A stretch of DNA of 64,000 bases, from NCBI RefSeq assembly GCF_009914755.1, contig NC_060927.1. One strand, given 5' to 3'. The stretch is from the human T2T-CHM13v2.0 reference genome, Homo sapiens. Positions 45,637-63,345 of this stretch are shown piece by piece. Within the stretch, counting starts at the first letter, position 1; every line of letters begins with the position of its first letter. Below the pieces are notes generated by a model that saw only the letters and a program-made list of their open reading frames with translations, did no database searches and was not told the DNA's origin. Made by a program: the position numbers and the translations under genes.

Positions 45637-47039
45637 TTAATATATATTTTTAACAAAGATGTATGGATATTTATCTTTTCTTCTTTTCTATGGCTTTATG
45701 TATGTGTAGTTGACTTTTGGCTATATATATGTACGTATGTAACAAGACTCCCAAAACCAATTAAATGAAATTCCTTAATTCCTATCTATTAGGGATTAAT
45801 AGAATTATAGAACAGAATTTCTGTTCTATAATTTCTAATTCCTTAATTTATCTATCTAAATATTCATAGGATGAAAATTAGCCTGTTAAATGTATCAGTG
45901 TAGCAACAGCAAATAAAAAAAAACATTGTAGTAGTCTGATGATTCTCATTTTATAAATGAGCATCAGCAGTCAAATATCAATTATTTACTGGTCATAAGA
46001 AAAAAGTAAGAGAAACAATATTAACCAGTTTGTTCAAAGTCAAGAGGCAGTCTGTACTAATGTCGGAAATGAATAACATTAATAATGACCTTTTTTTTTT
46101 TAATGACTACAGTGTGCTGGGGGCTTGGCATCTGGCAGCACCTCCAAAGCACCTCTTTACACCCTGTGCTAGCCCAAGCCGGGAGTTCTGGGAGGGCAAG
46201 GACCAACATCTGCTTTGTATACAGTGAATCCTTTTGCCCGGCACATCGTACGTGTTTAATAATATTTGTTGAATGATGGACTGAATAAATATCTTGGGTC
46301 CAAGGCTTTCCAGAGGTTGAGAGTGAGCTGGGGTGTTTTCATTTTTTTTCAGATTCCTTAAATCGTGAAAAGGTAGACAAGATGTCATGGTACCTAAGAA
46401 CTTTTCATAAAATCTCCTGCATCCTCCGCCCTAGCTGTGAGGTTATATTTGTCTATGGTGGCAAAACTCTAAATGCATTATGCTTTATGACTATGAGACC
46501 TGAGCCCAAGTCCTCATCCCTCTCTGTTCTCCCACTGCCCCTGACCTGCCCCGTGACAGGGGTAGGGAGACTGACTTGGACTCCACCCAAGGGAGTTTTA
46601 GAGCAGCTCAATCCTGTAAACAGTCTTCCCAGAGGCCTGCCTTTGACCCAGGCCCTGTGCCTGATGTACCCCGCAGGGTTTTATGATCTGATAATCTGGA
46701 GCATTATCACCATTTCGAGGACAGCTTTAACCAAAAAGACATGATCTGTTTTAGCAGAAAGTCCCATTAAGCAGATGGACTGGGAAAAGGATGGTATTGG
46801 TGATTTGCAGAGAGGAGTGGGAACCTTATGCCAATAGAGTATGAACCAGGGTTATAAACAGGGAGACCACCCAAATGAGGACCTTTTGGATGGTAAAAGA
46901 AAGTGTTACTCATTCCACTGGGACAGGAGGCTAAACCAAGGCTGTCATCTGAGGAGGTCATATGGTGAGGTTTATTTTGTGTTTCAGTTCCTTTCCATTT
47001 AGTGTGTCTTGCTGTGATTTCCTGGGCACTGAAAATCAC

Positions 47040-47215
47040 ATTAGTTTGTTGGGTCATGAACTCCTTTGCAGATCTGGTGAAAGTCGTGACCCTTCTCCCC
47101 AGGAAAATGCACAAGTGCAAAGACCCGCAAAACGGTGCTTATGATGTCAAGGAGTGTGTGAGCCATCTGACCCCCATTCATGGTCCTGAAATCAAAGACC
47201 CTGTGGACTCTGATG
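47040..47215 (+). mobile_element. hAT-Charlie relic (Charlie4z-like)
   Basis: 'gggtcatgaactcctttgcagatctggtgaaagtcgtgacccttctccccaggaaaatgcac'. Confidence 0.6.
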
Positions 47216-47805
47216 CATCTTTAATGATTTTCAAAACAAGTCTTTTACACCATAGTTTGGCACTCCACTTCCCCTGTATTTTTTTTTCCTTTCCTTTGCT
47301 AAACCACAATGTTACCTTTGCAGACAGAATATTAGACCAACATACTAAGCCAAGGGATGCCAAGCCCGTGGTTTTCCAGAGAAAAGAGCCACGTGAAAGT
47401 CCCCTGAGCTGCATCCCCTGTATTTCTAACTGTTTAGTGGTTGGGGAAGTGGAGAAAATAACAGCCAATAGGTATCCAAGCTAAATTTACAGAGGGGATA
47501 AAAGCGACCAAAATGATAAAATCTCTCCACTTTTGGAAATGAACAAATACTTGAATCCACTGAAGAACCCAATTATATTCATTTTGGTTTTATTAGAGGA
47601 TTATATAATTTCCAAATGTACAAGGAAGCTTAACAAATAGTAAAAAAAAAAAAAAAAAAAAAAAATTTGGGAAAGGGTTACCATCTCAGGGAGTCCTCCC
47701 AAGAATGCAGGGAACATTTCCATCGAGTTGAATTGGAATCAATAATTGCCTAGAAAATGTCTCCTGGAAGCACAGTGGTATTTAATTAACAGAGTCTTCA
47801 TTCAA

Positions 47806-48051
47806 AAGGATAGTATGGGGCAGCTCTGCCAAGAGTCTTCCTCACAGAGGAGGAGGCAGTGACATTGACTGGGTGCAGAGTCCATGAAGAAGAGGGATCA
47901 TCTGTCAGTTCAGCTTTTCTTTTGCCTTTCACGGGAAATATTTTCAGTTGCCACGAGCAAACTCTGGAGTCCCAAATTAGAACTTCCTTCCTTGCCCATA
48001 ACCTTAGGGCCACATGAATCTTCTACCCATCATTCCTCCTCAGCTGGGTGC
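47806..48051 (+). repeat. Local duplication, copy A (direct repeat of 50046-50290)
   Basis: Manual alignment: 19 mismatches and no indels over 234 bp (47818-48051 vs 50057-50290). Confidence 0.95.
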
Positions 48052-48833
48052 GCCCCATAAAGCAAACAGGAGATGGGCAATTGACTGCCCTTGTGACAGG
48101 GCCATGCGTGTGAGAGGGGGCCCCATGGGGGCCTTAAGCTTCCTGCCACCTCGGACACCTCTGCTCTTGGAAGTTGGCTGTCTGGCTACAATTCTGTCAG
48201 TAATTGAAAGACAACCTCAGTTGTTGTCTGGGTATGTGTGTGTATATGCATGGGCTGCAGAGAACAGAGGTCTGACAACCTTGAACATGTCTCTTCCGGA
48301 CAACACCCAGAGAAGCAGGATTGTAAGAAAACGGGGGACATTAGAGGTTAGCTGGTCCTCCAAACAAAAGAGTTGGATCGTTCTCATGCTTAGCCCATCT
48401 CTGGATCAAAAAGCACATGATCATTTTGCAATCTGTGAAATAACTCTATTCAAATAAAAATAAAAATAGACATAAAAACCTTTAGGCAAACCGTTAGTGG
48501 AGAACTAGGTATACACATGGTGCCAATGAATTATTTCCATAGACTTGTATCTCATAAGAAGAAAACCTCTCACTGTCATTGTCTTAAGTAGAAATTAATC
48601 TTGACATATGTCATGGTGGGGCCACCAAATATGACATGCCCCAGCAAGATGCAGTACGAAGTACCTGGCATCACTTATAAAATGAGCATACTGAAAATGC
48701 TAAGGGGATTCTAATCAAGTGTATATATTTAATCTCCAGCTTATTGGAAACAGAGATAAGGGAGCAGAGGAAGAAGTTTATCAACACCGTGATGAACCAG
48801 TTAAACAAATCCAGAATGTGGGACAGTCTACAG

Positions 48834-49202
48834 CAGGGGTCCCCAACCCCTGGGCTGTGGCCTGATACCAGTCCGTGGCCTGTTAGGAACTGGGCTGCAC
48901 AGCAGGAGGTGAGTGGCGAACCAGCGAGCATTACCATCTGAGTTCCACCTCCTGCCAGATCAGCCATAGCATTAGGTTCTCATAGGAGCAGGAGCCCTAT
49001 TGTGAACTGCGCATGCCAGGGATCTAGGTTGTGTGTTTCTTATGAGAATCTAACTAATGCCTGACAATGTGAGGTGGAAGTTTCATCCTAAAACCATCCC
49101 CCTCAACACCCTGTCCCTCCAACCCCACTACCCCCAACCATCCCTGGAAAAATTGCCTTCCACGAAAACTGTCCCTGGTGCCACAAAGGTTGGGGACCAC
49201 TG
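48834..49202 (+). mobile_element. MER1B (hAT-Charlie MITE)
   Basis: TIRs caggggtccccaacc / ggttggggaccactg; 8-bp TSD gtctacag (48826-48833) / gtctatag (49203-49210). Confidence 0.92.
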
Positions 49203-49267
49203 GTCTATAGGACAGTTGGCCTGGCCCCTTTAACAAGTTTAAATGTCTTGGGAAAATAAAGTAAAGA

Positions 49268-49623
<356 letters not shown>

Positions 49624-50045
49624 TTAAAGGAAACTCAAGAGAAACAATAATCTAATAAAATACACGACTTTGATTGAGTCTTAAATGGAACAAAGCAGTT
49701 GTAAAGACATTTGGGGACAGTGGGGGAAATGGGAAGATAGACTTGGCTTAGATTATATTAAGCAACTGTTAATCTTGTTAGGAATTATACTGATCTGTGG
49801 TATATAGAACAATCCTCCAGGATTCGTACTTAACCATTTTAGGATAAAATGTCTTGATGTCTGTAATTTACTGCAACATACTACTGAACAAAAATTAGAT
49901 GAATCAAACATGGTAAAATGTTAACAATTGTCAGAGGAAATGGTCTGTGAGTGTGAGTAATATCATGCTTGACTTTTCTGTTTGTCTGAAAAAATTTATA
50001 AGAAGTAAAAAAAAAAAAGTGCGGAAAAGTATAAGAGAAAAGTAT

Positions 50046-50290
50046 AAGAATAGTGCGGGCAGCCCTGCCAAGGGTCTTCCTCACAGAGAAGGAGGCAGTG
50101 ACATTGACTGGGTGCAGAGTCCGTTAAGAAGGGGGATCATCTGTCAGTTCAGCTTGTCTTTTGCCTTTCACAGGAAATATTTTCAATTGCCACGAGCAAA
50201 CTCTGGAGGCCCAAATTAGAGCTTCCTTCCTTGCTTGTAACCTTAAGGCCACCTGAATCTCCTACCCACCATTCCTCCTCGGCTGGGTGC
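50046..50290 (+). repeat. Local duplication, copy B (direct repeat of 47806-48051)
   Basis: See copy A. Confidence 0.95.
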
Positions 50291-50389
50291 TCTTCTTCCC
50301 AGAAGGTCAAGATGTAGAGAGGGATGGGGAAGCTATTACATCTATGTTATAACCAGGGAATACTGCCGGAGAGAACACAATTAAGTGTG

Positions 50390-50705
50390 AGTCCCCTTCC
50401 CCTTTAAACCTTTCATAGCTCCTCATTGCCCTTTGGATGAGGTCCAAACTGCTAGCACAGCCCTATGGACCCTACACCAGCAGGTCCTGCCTGCTTCCCC
50501 AGTTTCCCTTTTGCCACCTGCAGCCCCATCCCTGTGTCAGACTCTGTGGTTTCCTCTCATGTTCTCTGTGCCCATGATTTCTATCTTCATTACTGGGATT
50601 TGCACACATAGTTCCTTCCTTATGGAACACATTGTCAATGGAGCTCTGCTCAGCTCCACTAAGTCCTGCCTCCTTTCACGTGAAAGAGGCTCAGACCACT
50701 GTCTT
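50390..50705 (+). mobile_element. L2 fragment
   Basis: 'gctcctcattgcc..gtccaaact..tttgcacacatagttccttc'. Confidence 0.5.
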
Positions 50706-51011
50706 TGAGATCTGCAATACATGGGAAAATGAAGAAATGTTTCAAAAGGGTGACAAATCTTTGCAGCATTTAAATGTTTAACAAGTTGGATTATTTCATA
50801 CACACAGATGTACTCATATTACAATGATCATATGTACATATATGGGCATTTGCCAATAAAGTCAAATTTAAATTTGAGGCTCTTTTTGAAGGTGAAGCCA
50901 GGGTTAAATCACTCATCTCCCCTCCCCCACCCCACAGTCATACCCTGCTGATTTGTCATGGGCGATGTATGTTTTTGCTCCCTCTTTGGACTCTAAGCTA
51001 TGTAGGGTGGC

Positions 51012-51884
<873 letters not shown>

Positions 51885-51929
51885 GGCAGAGACCAGAATT
51901 TTCTTGTACTATATGATAAAAGAATTACA

Positions 51930-52593
51930 TAGAAAAACAACAAGTACAATAGAATTTAAAAATCCTAAAATATTTCCTTGAGAAGACTGATAAAATTGAA
52001 TAAACTGCTACCAAGAAGAACTTTGAAAAAGAAAGGGAAACTATCAAGAAAGAGAAAATTTTCACCACAGACCCTACAGATATTAAAAAGCAAATAGTAT
52101 GTTACAACAAACAGCCTTAGGCCAATACATTTGGAAATTTGGTTGAAATGGACACATTCTGTGAGATATGCAAATTATGTAAGCTGACAAAAGAAGAAAC
52201 AGAAATCTGAATGCTTTGGTATCTACTAAAGAAATGGAATTCATTATTAAAAACCTCTCCACAAACAAAACTCCCGGCACAGAAGACTTCATTGGTGCCT
52301 TTTTCCAAAATTCAGGAAAAGGTAAACTAATCTTGTACAAAGGCTTCTAGAAAGTAGAAAAAAAGAGACTCTTGCCTAATTCTTTTTATGAGGCCAGCAT
52401 AAACTGATTCCAAAACCGAAGGAGTTGTAAGAAAGAAAAACGACAAACTCTTTCCTTCATATAAATGTAAAAATGTTACACAATATTAGCAAATAGAATC
52501 TAGCAGTATATGAAAAGGATAATATAGCATGACCAAGTGGGGTTTATTCCACATATGCAAGAGTATTTTAACATGTGAAAATAAATCAATGTA
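51930..52593 (+). mobile_element. Ancient L1M ORF2 relic (5' part, host of the young L1)
   Basis: 'cacagaccctacagatattaaaa..ttttatgaggccagcat..gaccaagtggggtttattcc'. Confidence 0.85.
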
Positions 52594-52598
52594 AAGTC

Positions 52599-53504
52599 GG
52601 GGGAGGAGCCAAGATGGCCGAATAGGAACAGCTCCAGTCTACAGCTCCCAGCGTCAGCGACGCAGAAGACGGGTGATTTCTGCATTTCCATCTGAGGTAC
52701 CGGGTTCATCTCACTAGGGAGTGCCAGACAGTGGACGCGGGTCAGTGGGTGCGCGCACCGTGCGCGAGCCGAAGCAGGGCGAGGCATTGCCTCACTTGGG
52801 AAGCTCAAGGGGTCTGGGAGTTCCCTTTCCGAGTCAAAGAAAGGGGTGACGGACGCACCTGGAAAATCGGGTCACTCCCACCCGACTATTGCACTTCTAG
52901 GACGGGCTTAAAAAACGGCGCACCACAAGATTATATCCCGCACCTGGCTCGGAGGGTCCTATGCCCACGGAGTCTCGCTGATTGCTAGCACAGCAGTCTG
53001 AGATCAAACTGCAAGGTGGCAGCGAGGCTGGGGGAGGGGCGCCCGCCATTGCCCAGGCTTGCTTAGGTAAACAAAGCAGCCTGGAAGCTCGAACTGGGTG
53101 GAGCCCACCACAGCTCAAGGAGGCCTGCCTGCCTCTGTAAGCTCCACCTCTGGGGGCAGGGCACAGACAAACAAAAAGACAGCAGTAACCTCTGCAGACT
53201 TAAATGTCCCTGTCTGACAGCTTTGAAGAGAGCAATGGTTCTCCCAGCACGCAGCTGGAGATCTGAGAAGGGGCAGACTGCCTCCTCAAGTGGGTCCCTG
53301 ACACCTGACCCCAGAGCAGCCTAACTGGGAGGCACCCCCCAGCAGGGGCACACTGACACCTCACACGGCAGGGTATTCCAACAGACCTGCAGCTGAGGGT
53401 CCTGTGTGTTAGAAGGAAAACTAACAAACAGAAAGGACATCCACACCAAAAACCCATCTGTACATCACCATCATCAAAGACCAAAAGTAGATAAAACCAC
53501 AAAG
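52599..53504. promoter_or_regulatory. L1 5' UTR with internal sense and antisense promoters
   Basis: Intact YY1 motif caagatggcc (52610-52619), RUNX3 region 'tgcatttccatctgaggta', SOX-type aaacaaa motifs; CpG-rich; short (129-bp-deleted) UTR form. Confidence 0.85.
52897..53049 (-). pseudogene. L1 ORF0, truncated to 50 aa
   Basis: MAGAPPPASLPPCSLISDCCASNQRDSVG..RRFLSPS then premature TAG (canonical ORF0 is 71 aa). Confidence 0.85.
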
Positions 53505-54513
53505 ATGGGGAAAAAACAGAGCAGAAAAACTGGAAACTCTAAAACGCAGAGCACCTCTCCTCCTCCAAAGGAACGCAGTTCCTCACCAGCAATGGAACAA
53601 AACTGGACGGAGAATGACTTTGACGAGCTGAGAGAAGAAGGCTTCAGACGATCAAATTACTCTGAGCTACGGGAGGACATTCAAACCAGAGGCAAAGAAG
53701 TTGAAAACTTTGAAAAAAATTTAGAAGAATGTATAACTAGAATAACCAATACAGAGAAGTGCTTAAAGGAGCTGATGGAGCTGAAAACCAAGGCTTGAGA
53801 ACTACGTGAAGAATGCAGAAGCCTCAGGAGCCAATGCGATCAACTGGAAGAAAGGGTATCAGCAATGCAAGATGAAATGAATGAAATGAAGCGAGAAGGG
53901 AAGTTTAAGAATAAAAAGAAATGAGCAAAGCCTCCAAGAAATATGGGACTATGTGAAAAGACCAAATCTACGTCTGATTGGTATACCTGAAAGTGATGGG
54001 GAGAATGGAACCAAGTTGGAAAACACTCTGCAAGATATTATCCAGGAGAACTTCCCCAATCTAGCAAGGCAGGCCAACGTTCAGATTCAGGAAATACAGA
54101 GAACGCCACAAAGATACTCCTCGAGAAGAGCAACTCCAAGACACATAATTGTCAGATTCACCAAAGTGGAAATGAAGGAAAAAATGTTAAGGGCAGCCAG
54201 AGAGAAAGGTCGGGTTACCCTCAAAGGGAAGCCCATCAGACTAACAGCGGATCTCTCGGCAGAAACCCTACAAGCCAGAAGAGAGTGGGGGCCAATATTC
54301 AACATTCTTAAAGAAAAGAATTTTCAACCCAGAATTTCATATCCAGCCAAACCAAACTTCATAAGCGAAGGAGAAATAAAATACTTTACAGACAAGCAAA
54401 TGCTGAGAGATTTTGTCACCACCAGGCCTGCCTTAAAAGAGCTCCTGAAGGAAGTGCTAAACATGGAAAGGAACAACCGGTACCAGCCGCTGCAAAATCA
54501 CGCCAAAATGTAA
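53505..54513 (+). pseudogene. L1 ORF1, disrupted
   Basis: MGKKQSRK start; CGA>TGA at 53796-53798; 8-bp deletion near 53905 (1009 vs 1017 nt); ends ..QNHAKM*. Confidence 0.95.
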
Positions 54514-54549
54514 AGACCATGGAGACTAGGAAGAAACTGCATCAACTAA

Positions 54550-58402
<3,853 letters not shown>

Positions 58403-58639
58403 ACAATGAGGTCACATGGACACAGGAAGGGGAATATCACACTCTGGGGACTGTGGTGGGGTGGGGGAAGGGGGGAGGGATAGCATCGGGAGATATACCT
58501 AATGCTAGATGACGAGTTAGTGGGTGCAGCGCACCAGCATGGCACATGTATACATATGTAACTAACCTGCACAATGTGCACATGTACCCTAAAACTTAAA
58601 GTATAATAAAAAAAAAAGAAAAGAAAATAAATCAATGTA

Positions 58640-59220
58640 GTTCAGCACATAAACAGAAAGCAAAAACTAATTTAATCATCATCTCCATAGCTGTATGGAA
58701 AAATATTTGACAAAGTTTAACATCTATTCAATATGAGAAACTCTCTGCAAACTAAGAATAGAAGGAACTTCCTTGATTGGATAGAAAGAAATCTACGAAA
58801 ACCTATGGGAGGCATCATGCTAAATGGTGAGATATTGGAAACATTTCCCCTAATATTGGGAAAGAGACCAGGTGATAGATTCTCAATTAAAAGGAAGGTG
58901 ATAAAATGTATATACGCTTACATGGAAAAGGCTCCAAGGCATATTAATTTTTTTAAAAAGTTAACCTGATATGTGTAAGCTATAAGTATATGAAACAGAA
59001 AAACAAAAACATAAATATTTAGTTTAATTGAAAATATTCTGGAAGTGTATGTCAAAAACTGCCAACAGCAATATTCTTCCTGGAAATAGAGGGGATCCAT
59101 GTTTGTGTATATGGAGAATGGCGATGTTTGAAGGGAATCTTTTTATTATGTTTCATGTACCCTGTATGATTTGAAACAACAGTATATTCATGTAATGCAA
59201 TTATAATAAAATAATACAAT
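58640..59220 (+). mobile_element. Ancient L1M relic (continuation after the young L1)
   Basis: 'gttcagcacataaacaga..aaaatatttgacaaagtttaacatctattca..atcatgctaaatggtga' continues ORF2 from 52593. Confidence 0.8.
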
Positions 59221-62129
59221 ATCAGGTCTTGCTCTAAAAAGAATGTTATTCCAATTTAGGGACTTCCAGGCAATTAATACTTCTGTCATCTATAAAAATG
59301 TTTCCTTGTGAGTATTGACTTTGGTGGAGGAAATTGAGAAACCAGCTGCTAATTTATGTAAATTGAACAAACAAAACCATGGTTGTGATGTTTCCAATTG
59401 AAGACACCTCCCGTCTTATGGGCATCTGGAATATGTAGCTAGTTATCTGTGATGGTTCTGGAATTATTCTATTTTAACCGATACGTGTTTTTATTGCTGG
59501 TGGCAGCAAAGGGACTATGACAGCCAGAGCAGAGGGTGCATAGAGTCAAGTATTTGGGATAACCAAGCAAAATAACCCAGCCCTTGGTCTGATTCATTAT
59601 AACACAGAAACATAGTCCAGGAACAAGTTCTTTTCTCCTCCATGCAGGTACAGCTACAGTCTGATTGGTTCAGAGGAGAGCAGATTCTAGCCATGAACGA
59701 ATGGGGCTGTGGTTGCTCATCTCTAATTAGATTTGGCTTCAGAAGCCAGGACCCTGACAAGAGCTTCTATAATCAATTTCCAGGGACAGCCCTGGGGCCG
59801 TTGGAGCCACAAGCATAAGGAATGCTGGCTATTTGTGTTCTACCCAAAAGGTCACATTCATGCCTCTTCTTCCCAGACAAGCATGGCAGGTACCAGCTTT
59901 CAGAGTCCTGCTGGACAGCCAAACAAATTTCTCCCTTTTTCCCTTTAATGACTTCTAAATACAAGTCCAATTTTTAGTTGACCCATATCCATTAACCAAA
60001 TGATTAACACAGAGTAGAGAAGACAACAAGAAGAAAATATGCTTTGTCTTCAAAGTATGTTTGAACATTTCATGTTAATTACCTGTGCCTTCAGGGTTTC
60101 TTTTGGATGGTGTGACCAGATTATGGGTGACATGTCTTAGGATCTTAGGTTCAGAGGATGCCATGGACATCAATCTTCCATCCCTTTAAATGGATTCTGC
60201 CAAGAAGACAAGATTGGATTAAAATACTTTACAAAATTTTCCGAGTATGTGTTTTGCCATGGACATCAAACTGAACAATGGAAACAGTGATCCAGGTAAT
60301 TTGACGTGAAGTTCTTTTCATTCTTCGCCGTTTGTGTAGATGTGAGCATTGCATTACCCCTTACATTCTAATCTAATAACGTCAGTCTGGAAATCATAAG
60401 AGCTTCCCACATCCTCTGTAGCTGCTCTGATGAAATTCAGGAGGGTGGGAATAAAAAAATCTCACTTCCTGGATCAAAATCTACCCTCCAGAGCCAGAAT
60501 ACATCTCCTTGTAGATTGAATATCTCAGCATATGTCTGTGGCTTTTGCAAGATGTGTACAAACCTGACCCACTATAGGACTGGATTAGGCAGAAGCACTG
60601 TTTGTCAGATGACATCTCCGAGAGCCTTCCTAAGGCTAAGTGTTTAAACTAAGGGACAGTAGAGGAAACTGAGGGTGGTCTTCCTAGGCATGAGTCAGCT
60701 TTGTGGTGATCTAATTGGTGTTCCTAGGGATATGAGGTGGTCCAACCAAATTGATCTAGACAGTCTTTTCCCACTGGCAAAAGCACAAAAACTAGATGAC
60801 ATAATTCACAGGATAGGAAATTAGGAGCAGATAGAAAACGCACACCAGACTACTGTATTCCTTCCAAAGGGAATGCACATATTGAATAGATTACTAAGGA
60901 GGATCCTCGAAGTTGGCAGAGTCAATTCATTCAAGAGATAGCAGCAGAGGACTGGAGAAGATGATGGCCAGAGCAGAAAGGCAAGGAACTTAACGAGTGG
61001 AATATGACCAGGGCTCATTTGTTTCTCTCCTTGACTTTCTGTCTCCACTGTATGTTTGGTAATACTGTAATTCAACATTGACATGTAGGTTAATGCAGCT
61101 TGCTGTCTGAACATCCAACACTGGGCTAATGTCTTAATTATTTTCCATTGCCTGTGACAGATTTTTTTTTTCCAAAAACTTGAATGAAAGAAATTAAGTT
61201 GAAGCAAATTACTTGTAACCACCCAGAAATTTGGGCTTATGGAAACACTTCAGAGAAAAGTGGCAAGAGTAGGTTTTGTCTTTGTCTGTCAAGTCCCAGC
61301 ACTTTTCTAGTGCAGTGGGGAACTGTTCCCTTCCCTTTTGAACCAGGAAAAAATATATATTTTTGGAGCTTCATGACTACACCACACTGGCCAAAATTTA
61401 CTCAGCAGTGTCCACAGGCAGCCATGTCTTTCAACACATCCTCTTTTCCCCTTCTTTGCAGAAACATTGGAAAAACTATAGATAGCCTTGTAATAGAGAC
61501 TTTTTTTTCTTGAAAGTAAGGATGACAGATGTAGCATTTCCGCAGCTACCCCACACCAGTGGAAGACAAAGTGAGAATGACATCCATTGCACAGCTGGAA
61601 TTGTGAGCACTTGAATTTCCCATAAGGATCCAAGCATTGCTTGCTGCTGGGAGGGCTGTGACACCAGGCGAGCATGATCGAAATTCCCCAAATTGTCTCC
61701 TTTGAGATTAGCTCAAGTGCGGATGCAACAGAAGCTTATCCTGATGTGTGTGGGTGAAAACTTATGCCTGGGGGACACCTACTCTCTGGTGTTGTTCCTA
61801 AGGAGCATATAACCATAAAAGAGGGGAAGCAAAGGAACTGTGATTTCCAAGTCCTTCAATTCTTCAACAAACCATGTTGGGTTGATCGCAATGGCTCTGT
61901 GAATCCTCTTTTACTTCCTGAATTGCTTCCAGAGCATGGCACGGAGGAGTGGATTGTGGCTCAGATCTGGAATGGCAAAATATTAATATGTGGACTCGAC
62001 CAGTAGACTAATCCTGGTTCCATCTGAGAGAGTGCTCTTTTTTGATTCACTGCAGCTGGAGGGCTCACAGGGGAGAGAGGTGTGATAGAGCCTCATTGTC
62101 TCTTTGGAGCCAATGCCTAGCCTGGGAGG

Positions 62130-62340
62130 TATTAGCACGTTGTGGTTAAAACTGAGCTAGTGTCAAGCCAACTAGGATTCTCATGTGCTCAGAAAAAAGA
62201 GAACCCTGGACAAATAATCACTTTAAGATTGGTTCCCTATTTATAAAATGAGGGTGTTAACTACCTCATAGGATTGTTCTTAACGTTAAAAGAGATCATT
62301 CTTAAGTGCCCAATTCATTACTTGACACAGTAATCGCTCA
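62130..62340 (+). mobile_element. MIR
   Basis: 'gttgtggttaa..tttataaaatgagg..tacctcataggattgtt'. Confidence 0.65.
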
Positions 62341-63139
62341 AAAGTTCTCTTGATTATCACCAAACCAGAAACCTGGAGAAGAAGCTGGGCTTTTGAATGA
62401 GCAACTCTACATTGCTCAAGCCTATGGGAATCAGATATTTTGAGCCCAATAGGGATGCCTATGTTTTGATACTGGGAAGGTTTTCTAAAGTCAGGACGAT
62501 TTGTACAGGATGGGTTCCATAAATAGAGTCTAATATTTGGAGGCATGAGGTGCACAAGTTGCAGGTGATATTTTTCAAAAGAATCAGTGGTGCAGTCCAG
62601 GGCATGATTTGTAGCCTGTCAGTTGTAAGAAGCTACAGAGTGTCCCGAGTGGAGTCTCTGATAAGAGAGTGTAGTTAGAGGCTCATGAACATGATTAAGC
62701 ACCTTCCACTTACTCTCAATAGAGACTTAATTAAATACCATGTTTATTTCCTTGACCACCTTTGCCAAAGCTGCAGAGATTCTGAATTGTTATTGCTGCA
62801 ATTATTAGCAAGAATAAATGATTCTAAGAATGATGTTAGGCATTAAATTCGCACTTGCAGAAGCTAAAAAAAAAAAAAAACTATTACAACGCAGACATTA
62901 GTTTTTCTCCCATCTTCCTGAACTGGTGGTGGAGGCCAACTATTAATAGCTGTACCTCAACTGTATAAAAAATCCTCTCTCTATTCTATCCACCCTGTAA
63001 CGAAAAGAAATCCTCCTACAATATTAGAATAATATAAAGAGGATGAACAGCATTATGCCAAAAGTGAGGTGGTAGCCTAGAGTCATTACTGTTTATCTCT
63101 GTTTCAAATTTTCCATAATGAAATTTTGGGGAGGAAAAG

Positions 63140-63345
63140 CTGTGGATCACAAAGATGTTCATTTAAACCCTCTGTGTGCTATTTTTTGTTATTTAATTTT
63201 TGTGTCTTAGGTTTTGCATCTGTACAATGGAGGAAGTAACACTCCTCACCTTGTGAGGATGACATGAGACCACAAAGATATTAGAAGTGCTTGATACAAT
63301 GCCTGGCACATGGAAATGTGGTCTGTAAATGGTAATCATTATCAT
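63140..63345 (+). mobile_element. MIR
   Basis: 'catctgtacaatgg..ttgtgaggatgacatgaga..aatgcctggcacat'. Confidence 0.7.

Noticed and set aside
52599-53120. Host-gene CpG-island promoter
   Set aside because: CpG richness is fully explained by the L1 5' UTR
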